32,318 nt of DNA from Dirinaria sp. TL-2023a (Eukaryota): NCBI GenBank assembly GCA_051941275.1, contig JAVEBF010000080.1, forward strand, positions 1-32,318. The letters are read 5' to 3'. The notes below the pieces were generated by a model that was given only the letters and a program-made list of their open reading frames with translations, ran no database searches and was not told the DNA's origin. Shown here in pieces: positions 1-9,751 of the stretch (position 1 is its first letter; each line of letters begins with the position of its first letter). The position numbers and the translations under genes were made by a program.

Positions 1-337
1 ACCCCACATTTCGGCGAGTTTGCGTGACATAAGCGCCTTGTCAAGTACCCAACGAGCCAACCACAGTCAACCGCAGTCAACCCACGATGCAACCCTACCA
101 CCAATTCGATCCACGAGTGCCCTGATAAATGACTCTCCCCTACCTTATGTCCGAGAATGACAGGTTCGAGGGGTTCCATTCCTACCTTACCTTGCCCTAG
201 GTATGAGTACCACTCTCTTTGCACACCATACATAAGGTAACCCTCCTCTCCCTTTGAACCCTACCGAGACCGCCTAGAAATGTAATCTCGAGATTCTTAG
301 TGAACTTATTCAATAGAAGAGCAGAACCGACGTTCTC

Positions 338-2486
338 ATGGGTTTCTTCGCAAAGCTAGGGCGCACCCCGGCTCCCACTACGACCGATCTCGTCCGAGAC
401 GACAAACGGGCGTCTGCCGAGGAAGATATCGAGAAGGTCGGTCCTGGTACCGAGCTCGAAACCCGTCACCAACCTCTCCGCCATGATACAGCAGCTGAGA
501 GAGCGGTAAGATCCAATCCCTTGCAGCGGATGGATCTCTTGACGCGTGCAGGTCGTCCGCAAGCTTGACTGGAGGGTCCCGGTGCTCTTGGGTGTGCTCT
601 ATCTACTCTCCTTCTTAGACCGGTCGAACATAGGGTTAAGAATCCTTGCCCATTACCTGGTCTAACACTGACCGTATGGTGACAGCAATGCGCGCATTGC
701 AGGCATGATAGATGACCTCGATCTTGAACCAAATCCAGGTAGCAATCGCTATCAGTGGCTTTTAACAATCTTCTACATTGCTTACATTTTGTTTGAATTC
801 CTAACCATTATGTGGAAAATTATGCCTGCGCATATCTGGGCCGCAATCATAGTCTTTGCGTGGGGAATGTGAGTAATTTTCTCTCTCCTTTCTATTTCGG
901 TATAGAGAACTGTCACACTATATCGCGAGATGTACTTTTTGATCCCATTTCAACGTACATGGATATTTTGTGGAAACCATCTACTGATATTTTCGGGGTC
1001 CAGAATAGCCACTGTTCAGGCTGGGGTCCAGAATTGGCAAGGGGAGATGGCCCTTCGATTTTTCCTAGGTGTCACTGAAGCAGGATTTGGTCCAGGTGTA
1101 CCATTTTTACTGTCATTCTTCTATCTACGGCATGAAGTGGGATTCCGTATCGGGATTTTTCTGTCTGCTGCACCTCTCGCAAATACTTTCGCTGGGGCTC
1201 TTGCGTATGGAATTACATCCGGTCGCTCTAAGTTGGCGAATTGGCGCTTGCTTTTCCTAGTCGAGGGTCTGCCTTCAATGGTCATGGCTGCGGTTGCCTT
1301 CTTCTTCCTCCCGGATTCGCCGGACAAGGCCACGTTTCTAACCGAAGAAGAGAAACTCATCGCTAAGGCGAGAGGTGTTCGACAAGTCGGTGATGTCGAA
1401 AAGCGTGTGGGTAGTGTGGCATGGAAGGACGTCGGTGCCGCTCTTCTGGATGTGAAGTGTTGGTTCACTGCAGTAAGTCACATCCCGACTTAGACCTGGC
1501 TGCAAAGACTTGGAGACTCCCCATACTCGATGTTGATCGATTGTGGTCATTGCGTACTGTTTGGAAGAGTTCACGAGTTCGCAAGGCTAATTTCCACGAA
1601 AGCTCATGTACTTTAGCTGCAACGTCAGCTTTTCTTCTTTGCCGGGTAAGGAGTGCAGATGCAAGTACAGCATCTCAACGCTGATTGATTCCACAGTCTT
1701 CCTGCCCACAATTCTGGAAGGAATGGGCTATAGTAGTGTCAATGCTCAAGGCTTAACGGCCCCACCGTATTTTCTTTCGTTCCTAGTCACGATATTCTCG
1801 ACATGGGTCGCAGACAGAATCCAACAACGTGGATACATAATCATGTTTCTTACTTCAATCGGCGGAATCGGCTATATTCTGCTTGCTGCCTGTGATACCG
1901 TTGGCGTGAGATATTTTGGGGTTTTTTTGGCTGCCTCAGGTAAGCTTGATCCCCCCGCACACTTGCTGGCTAATGTCTTCCAAAGGAATATTCCCTACAA
2001 TAGCGTACGTTGTTTTCCATAAGCCCTTATTACCTTATGAAGAGGGCGAAAAAGACCCAAATACGTCCTAGCAGTCTCACCACCCGCAGCATGACCCTAA
2101 ACTTAACATACTAATTTGGAGACTTCATTCGTAGTAATATCCTACCGTGGACCGTTAATAACCAGGGTTCCGATACGAGACGAGGCGTTGGGATTGTCTT
2201 GCTGAATCTTATCGGTCAGTGCGGCCCATTGTTAGGCACCAACATATTCCCCAAGAACGAAGGACCTCGGTATGTCAAAGGAATGGCCATCTGCGCTGCC
2301 TTTACCTGGTTTACCGGAGCCTTAGCTATCGGCCTAAGACTGCTACTGATTTGGGAGAATGAGAAACTCGACAAGAAGTATGGAACGCGGGCAGCAATCA
2401 TTGCGAGGAGGACGGGGGATTTGGCTGGCCAGGAAAGCGTACAAAGTGAGGAGAATTATGGAGAGGCATTCAGGTATATTCTCTGA
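338..2486 (+). CDS. MFS transporter, anion:cation symporter (DAL5/TNA1-like) family, ~519 aa, 8 exons (338-505, 552-634, 686-868, 1004-1472, 1603-1645, 1697-1939, 1986-2004, 2135-2486)
   Basis: Hand-spliced exons stay in frame (1560 nt). Family motifs: RKLDWR..LLSFLDRSNIGNARIAG, RFFLGVTEAGFGPG, WRLLFLVEGLP, FLPDSP, EGPRY. GT-AG introns with CTRAC-like branch sites. Substrate cannot be assigned. Confidence 0.92.
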
Positions 2487-3019
2487 ACGCAGTGTTCTTT
2501 CTCTTCACCTATGCGATCACCAAAAATGAAGGAGTTTTACCTCAGATACTTCTAATTCTGTAGGAGCTACGTCACAGAAATGATTATCCGCTGTTCTGCG
2601 TCATATCACCCACTGTGGTGCCTGAAAATTCTGGTTCATCATTTTGTGGTTCACTGGCACCATGTCAGACGCTAAATTTCCATGTTGAGCTTCATTCTTT
2701 GTCCTGCATGTCACCTATTAGTCAGGAGTACCTTGCTTGCTCATTACGATTTGCCTTCGTTCAGGCTCAATTTTTCACCATGAGAGTGTAACATTGTTCA
2801 GTCACAACCTAGTGATAGCGACACTCATGGTCAAGGCGTTTCTTGGTGCTGCCCAGAGCCTATATCTGGCCTCCATCCTCCAGCTTGCATCGATTTTTAA
2901 CCCTCATCATCAACTACCTCAGCTATTTCAAAGCCTACCTCATCCAACATAAACTTCAACTACATCAGCTCCGTTAACCCTAGGAATCCCCAAATATCTA
3001 GTTTTCGAAAACCGCCGCC

Positions 3020-4127
3020 ATGTGCTACAAATCAATCGAGAGATACTCCTGTGGCGATAAAGAGGAAGCGACGATACCGTGCGAAGGCTTCATTGATAGC
3101 CAAATCTGTACGCAACCAGAAGAAGCCAGGAAAGATGTTATTATGAATCACGAGAAGAAGTGCAGAGAATGCCAACATTTCGATGACCAAATGGAACAGC
3201 TCGCCAACAACCCAGAACTCAGCAAGCCAGCAGCGAAGTCCGCTCCGAAGGCAGACGGCCCTAAATTGTATTTCAAAGAGCGAATTAGGTGGGAACGCTG
3301 CAACCGTATGCATTCCTTGGACAACCCTGTTTCCGAAAGCCTATGCTGACACTGCATGTACAGATATCAGCCACCCGAAAGATACCAATATCGAGCGAAG
3401 TGAGGAAGACCAGGAGTTTCTTGAAATGACCGGCCAAGGCGCATGCTTCAACTGCTCCTCTACGCATCCCCAAAAGCTCACTGAGATGAAGCGTTCGGGA
3501 GCACTCGACCAAGATGATCCCTGGGGTGCAATGAACACCGTACCTGAAGCTGCGGCGGGCAGCTCCTCCGAGGGTTTGTCGAACGAAGCTATCGCCATGA
3601 ACATTACAGAGAACGAAGCTAAGAAGCCAAGGGGAGAAGGCGCAGCATCCTTCGCGCCTGAGTCTCAGCCTGCCCAGCCCCCAGCGATTCCTCTTGAGGA
3701 GGTTGAGGAGGACGAATATGAGGATCGCGGCGCACCAAGAAATGCTCTGGATCGCTCACGTACACCGTCGCCGCCTGTGCTCAACAAGAAGGGTAAAGGT
3801 CGCCTTGATAGGCCTGACGAAACTTACGCCACCCGCTACGGTGCTGCTAAGGATCAGCCTGAACTCAGCGGCCATGAAGAAGAGTATGCCAGCGAGGAGG
3901 CATATTCCTCTTCTGATGATGATGATGAAGAAGATCATCATGGTCGGGGTCGGGGCGCTTCGAAGATCTACAATGGCTCCCGCGACCCTAGCATAGAGGC
4001 CCACGCGCATGCTGACCGAAGCACTTCACCTGGATATAATGACGTGAGTTCGGGAGCCCATTCTCCTACGCCACCTAAGTATGGGCATCGAGCGATGAAG
4101 GGGCACGAGGAGGAGCTTGACGATTAA
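3020..4127 (+). CDS. Hypothetical protein, ~349 aa; Cys-rich N-terminus and acidic/disordered C-terminus; exons 3020-3305, 3364-4127
   Basis: Good Kozak context (ccgccATG). The intron GTATGC(3306)..GCTGAC..CAG(3363) joins the 109-aa and 314-aa ORFs in frame. No recognised family. Confidence 0.75.
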
Positions 4128-4994
4128 AAGGTGCAGTGGAAGATGACTATTGTGAGGACTTGCGGCGGATCGATAGAATAGGAAACCGTGCCAGTATCTT
4201 GCAATGACATGCATGTTATCCATATTGAATAGAACTTGAAGATCTTTCGAGAATTAGATGACCTTCAGTTGACCGAAGTAAGGCGATGGATGCTGTTTCC
4301 AACCGCTTGAAGAAAGGGGTGAACCCTCGTCTAGGTGTTAATCATTTCTCTGACCATCCAGTAGTTGTGGCGAGCCAGGCTAACATCGTGCCGTTGGTCA
4401 TGGATTGTTTCTTTCTTCCCCCTTAGGATGCGAAACGCGATCCCCAGCCCAGCTACTCATTAGACTACGAATCTAAAGTAAGCTTACAAGCAGTGCGATC
4501 TACTCCTCGACTCCCAAACATTGTGCAACCCACCCCTGCGTCGATCTTTGACTGGCGCTTATCAAAACCTACCTTACCAAGCCTCCGAGCCTCTGAGGCA
4601 ACAACCTTTGTCTCACGTCCACAGCGATCTCAATTCTGGCTAAGAGCTTTGCATCGACTGCTGTGGTGCTTGACAACAAAGCTGCTAAATACGCTTTAGC
4701 TCGTTGCCTTATACCTATACCAATGGTGGTGTAACGATTCCCGTTACAGAAATCTCGCAGGGAGATGAAGTGGTAAATTCAACGGCCCATCAGCTTGAGA
4801 TACTCTGGACACATCTTTCTCAATGCAAAAATCGGGATTTCAATTTCAAAGTGGCAGTTTCTTTGAGCCTACGGCGTCAACTTAGCACACCAGTGTGTGG
4901 AATACCATACTTGCTCGCCAGTGGAACTTGCTTCAAGAGTTAAGACGAAGTTTTCCTGGCTCTTAACTTTCGCATTCGACTGTTTACCAAGACC

Positions 4995-7531
4995 ATGGCC
5001 TCCACGACTCAAGGCGCGTCTCGGCCGATAGCTCCGGAAGAAGCTGAGCTTGAGCAGCACAAAGGTGGCGTTACCATCCAGGATTCGTTGCCGGGAAAGT
5101 CTGAAGGCCACCAACATTTTGTAGGCTTCTGTTTCATATTTGAGCCATTTCCAAGGACTCTTCGATTGATTGATGGCATCGCAACGTCTTCTCACATTTT
5201 CGTTAATACGTCGTTTCTTTCCACTGCCGGACACTATTCGTTTCCCTTGTGGGCTTAGTAAACTTGCTAGGCTAAAGCTCCTGGCTAAAGCTGACTGTTG
5301 CGTGTCTGCGCCGTAGATGTGTGACTTGTTGCAAGAAAATCGCCGTGTTGTTGACCCGATGGACCGCCATAATCATCGTATGAAGCCTGTCTGCGTTGCT
5401 GTACAATCCTGATTGTTAAAGCTTAGATGAAGACGATCCTACAGATAATCGTAAACTGTCCATAGAAGTTGGGCCAACAATGAGAAATTTGCTAGGGCAA
5501 GAAGACACAGATGGAGATAAACTCATCACTGTTGACGACAATGGGCCAAAGGTATTTTGACACCAATTTTGCCCGTCTAGAAGCATTACCTGGCTAACCA
5601 TACACGCGTAGTCATTTCCCCTCAACACAGTGGAAGGGGAACATTCAAAAGAATTCCACATATGCGGCACGTATAGGCTTGCGAATTTACTGCAAGAATT
5701 ATACTTTGCAAATCAACAGGGTTTGCAAACAGTCGTCCTCACCGTCTCACAATTATCAGAAGATCCAGTTCAACGCCTGACACGGCTCATCAAGAACAAG
5801 TGGTGGAGCAATCTTACGAGACAGATGGATGCTCGCGGCATAGCGGCTGCTTGCCCTGACGAGAAGAATACCACCTCGTCACAGCCTCGTATCTATATTC
5901 CGCTTGGAGCGCCGGAGCAGTATGTTTACTATACCGATATCGCAGAAAAAAATCCAGCTATGAACCTCGATGTGCAATGGTTGCCAGGGGAAATAACAGG
6001 CGATTATATCAAGAGCATCTACCCCAATTCTGGTATACTAGCCTTAGAAATGGATTATCCGACACAAATTGATCCCTCGGAGAAGGCCGAGCTAATTGCT
6101 TTACCTTTCATTGTTCCGGGGGGTCGATTCAACGAGCTCTACAATTGGGATAGCTATTTCTGTGCGATTGGTATGATTGATAGCCATCCCTACATTGCAT
6201 CGTCTATTCTCCGCCACTTCATTTTTGAAATCAAGCATTATGGTAAGATACTGAATGCCAATCGGTCCTACTACCTAGGAAGAGCGCAACCTCCCTTTTT
6301 GACGGATCTTGCTCTTCGAGTTTATGAAGCTACCAAACTCAATCCAGGCGCCAAAGATCTTTTGAAGCAAGGCATACTGGCAGCAATGAAAGAGTATCAT
6401 ACCTGGTGGATGTCCGAACCACGGCTAGATCCCGAGTCAGGACTCTCAAGATATCGTCCCATTGGGAAGGGAATACCTCCAGAATGTGAGCCTGCACAGT
6501 TTGCACACATTCTTGCTCCCTACACCCGGAAGCACAAAACGACTCTTCGCGAATTCATCGACGCTTACAATGATGGCAATGTCGAAGAGCCGGAGCTTGA
6601 TAACTTTTTTCTCCATGACCGGGCTGTTCGCGAATCAGGACATGACACATCCAATCGTCTTGAAGGAATCTGCGCCGATCTTGCTACCGTTGACCTCAAT
6701 AGCCTTTTGTATAAGTACGAGACTGATATTGCGCGCTGCATCCGTACTGTCTTCTTCGACTCCCTTCTCATCCCTGCGTCCTTTTGTGCCCCTGGTCAGG
6801 AAGCAGATCATTTAGAATCCTCGGCTATCTGGTATCAGCGTGCTGATGCACGCAAGGCTCGTATTGACAGATACTGCTGGAATGATACTGCAGGGCTTTA
6901 TTACGATTTCAACACTGCAACCAAGAAGCAACAACCCTACGACTGCGCAACGACGCTTTGGCCCCTCTGGGCTGGCCTCGCATCATCTCACCAAGCCTCC
7001 CTCCTCGTTCCCTCTGCCTTGTCGAGACTCGAATATTCGGGGGGCATCTCTTCGAGCAGTGAAGCCAGTCGAGGCGCTGTTTCTCCAGATCGCCCACAGA
7101 AACAGTGGGATTTCCCGCACGCCTGGGCGCCGCATCAGCTGCTTGCCTGGGATGGATTGAGGCGCTATGGGTACACAGAGGAGGCAGAGAGGGTGTGCTA
7201 CAAATGGCTTGGAATGGTGACGAAGGTTTTCACAGATTTCAATGGAACGGTGGTGGAAAAATATGATGTTCGAAATGGAATAGCACCGCATAAGATACCT
7301 GCAGAATACGGAAACCAGGGTTTGGGGTTTGAATATGCGCCGCAGGAGGGGTGAGTAATTCTTTGCGGGCAGATTTTCGAGCCGTCAGCTGATTTTGAGA
7401 GAAGATTCGGCTGGACAAACGCAAGCTATGTCTGTGGTTTATCGCTGATGAATCTGCAGGCGAAGCGGGCACTGGGTGCCGGTGTGCCATACGAGGTCTA
7501 TGCAGAGGCAATGAAAAACACAAGAACATAA
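4995..7531 (+). CDS. Neutral trehalase (GH37, Nth1/TreB-like), ~725 aa; exons 4995-5120, 5317-5377, 5427-5551, 5612-7350, 7405-7531
   Basis: Ca-binding-like motif QEDTDGDKLITVDDNGPK, plus VPGGRFNELYNWDSY, ILNANRSYYLGRAQPP, RESGHD, QWDFPHAWAP, EKY and EGFGWTN (joined across the last intron). Spliced length 2178 nt, in frame. The first two exons are less certain. Confidence 0.92.
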
Positions 7532-8361
7532 GCACATATGCACATGCCATCAAATGCAAATGCAGATTTCTCCCACAGAAGAAGCATCTAAGCATCGCGG
7601 CCGACACGACCCTTGAAAGTATTCGGCTTGCAAAGTTTTGCAGTGACCTTGATGAAATCTAAAAGGCCTTTTTTCTTGTTTCACAATAACATCGTATACA
7701 GAAATGATCTATTATGGAGTTTAAGTGAGTACAAGGCAGATGAGACTTCAAGGATTATATGGAGCGAAAAACAGAGTAGCTGAATTTGAGCTGCGCAACG
7801 TTTATAGCATGTTTGGTAGATTCATTAAAAGGGAGGACAGCGGGTACATATAACAGAACCACATCTTCAGAAGTCGAGTGCATGCAATCAAGGGAAAAGT
7901 TCAATGATAGCTACTAAGACGTCCTTCTCAACAGCTATGCTTCGTCATGATGAAGTATGCGATTCATCCCCACTGACACACCCGTTCTTCTCGCCTTGCT
8001 TTGACGAAACAGGGCATAGACATAATAATGACCTAAAGTGTTAGCTCTACCTGAAGCTACGCTAATCATCATGTGACATGATGCCATGCGGGGAAGGCTG
8101 CGGGCGTTCAATTAGCAGCGAACATCACGTACTATTGTTCTCGATACGTACTGCGAAATTTGCAAGCTATGCAACCCGAATTTCCAACAGCTACACCACA
8201 AACGTTCATATAACGCCCAATCTCATCCCAGCTAGCAACGTTGCTCGTTAGCGAGGATCCTCATATCAAAATCCTGCGAACAAAAGCCAAGGTTCCCAAA
8301 GTTGTCCCTCAAACTTGCTCCTACCGCGATCTCCAGTCCCAAGCTCAAGCTTTGGCAAGAA

Positions 8362-8604
8362 ATGGCTTCTACGGGGCAGCAAAATGGCTCCTTCGGCATT
8401 CTCGGCTCCGCCAAGCTGAACACCCAGGACGCCAAGAACCCGCAGTCGAAGGGTTCCACGGTTCCAGATATGGTAAGTGGGCAGACTGCGGATGCATCGA
8501 AGCAGGAAGACTATCGCCGAGAGTGTCAGAGAGCACATGATGAGATGGAGGCAAGGCTGAAAGACGAAGAACTTCATGGCAGGTCGAAAGGGTGGAGTGG
8601 CTGA
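8362..8604 (+). CDS. Possible small hydrophilic protein, 80 aa (MASTGQQ...GWSG)
   Basis: ATG in aaATGG context. Coding-like composition with a charged helical C-half, sitting in an otherwise empty 2.2-kb gap. No homology recognised. Confidence 0.45.
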   Translation: MASTGQQNGSFGILGSAKLNTQDAKNPQSKGSTVPDMVSGQTADASKQEDYRRECQRAHDEMEARLKDEELHGRSKGWSG

Positions 8605-9558
8605 AGATGTTTGATAAAGAATATTGGCGCGTTTGAGGGGCAATGGGTGGTGTACGATTAGCGATGGGTCGGTTGTAGGAGGCCCTGGGGCGGTATATGC
8701 TGAGCGTTTTGGTTAAAAGTATGTGGATCGTTGGATTGCGGATGGGACCAGGTTCGATTCGATATGATCAACAAGTCATTCTGAATCATCTCCTCACATG
8801 AAGAATGTTTCTAAATTTCAAGAATGTGATTACCTGTTCATCGAGGCGTGGCAAGACAGAGTGTTGTTGGGGATAGTGCTCCTGGAAAAGCCTGGCCGCA
8901 TGCGCTGCTGTATAAGTAGCCTGAAAAGGTCTAGCCTTTTGATATCCGGACATGGACGACTTAGGAGCTGTAGGTGATCGAGGACGGCCAAGTTTAAGAT
9001 ACTAATGGCTTGATCCTACCTCATTGATGCCATTTTCTTCTCCAAGAGTGAAATTTGTGGGCTACTCCCATCAGCACGGAGTGTTGTAATCCAGAAGTCT
9101 TCTTCCCACCAGGCATGATCAGGCATCATGCATCTTTCTTCACAGACTCGTCGATAGTTTACTTTGTCTTCTTAAGGCACGAATCTTGGGCGCATCTTAG
9201 GGCACAGGTTCAAGTAATTGCATCAAAACCAGTCCTTTATGAAGGTTCGTTGCAGCAGGCAACTGTTCTGATGAGCGTGAACGGATCTGGTACTGGACGA
9301 CCGAGCTGTAGACAAGACCATTCAGCGTCGTATGATGAAAATTAGGTTGCTTCAGTGTATATATGAGCGAGTTCTTGAAGAATGGAATTCATTGAACTTT
9401 GGAGATTCCCAATCCTTTTTCCAATTGGCAGGGACACGAGTCCTGGCTAGTATGATGTATCCATGGTGCAGGCTACTGCAGAAACGCTGATGAGCACAGC
9501 TGAAGGTGCGGAACAGGGAGCAAATCGTCTGGCCTGAGTGAAAATAATCTCAGGTTGT

Positions 9559-9606
9559 CTTCCGGGTGGCCTTCCGGGTGGTCTCCCCGGTGACCTCCAG
9601 TTGGCG
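9559..9606. repeat. Degenerate 12-bp tandem repeat, 4 copies (CTTCCGGGTGGC/CTTCCGGGTGGT/CTCCCCGGTGAC/CTCCAGTTGGCG)
   Basis: Read directly from the sequence, ~150 bp upstream of the OCT1 ATG. Confidence 0.7.
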
Positions 9607-9751
9607 CATAATACTTAAAGTACCTAGTGAATAGGTACGAAACGGAAACCCACGATCTGCCAAGCGATTTGTCAGCAGTCGTGGTTGCTCTTCAAAGTCG
9701 CACTACGAAACCACTCCCTCCTTGCAAAGAATAACGTCTCGTATGTAGGAC

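Noticed and set aside
56..94. Short CAGTCAACC-like tandem units
   Set aside because: Only 2 exact copies plus degenerate ones; too short for CRISPR-like or satellite interpretation.
4493..4943. Two short ORFs upstream of the trehalase as uORFs or genes
   Set aside because: Non-ATG starts, no coding features, and the TSS is unknown.
338..8604. MFS + trehalase as a trehalose-utilisation cluster
   Set aside because: The transporter is DAL5/TNA1-type rather than a sugar porter, so adjacency alone does not support a pathway.
8690..8770. GGTTCGATTC B-box suggesting a tRNA
   Set aside because: The flanks do not form a T-stem (CCAGG vs CGATA), and no acceptor stem is present.
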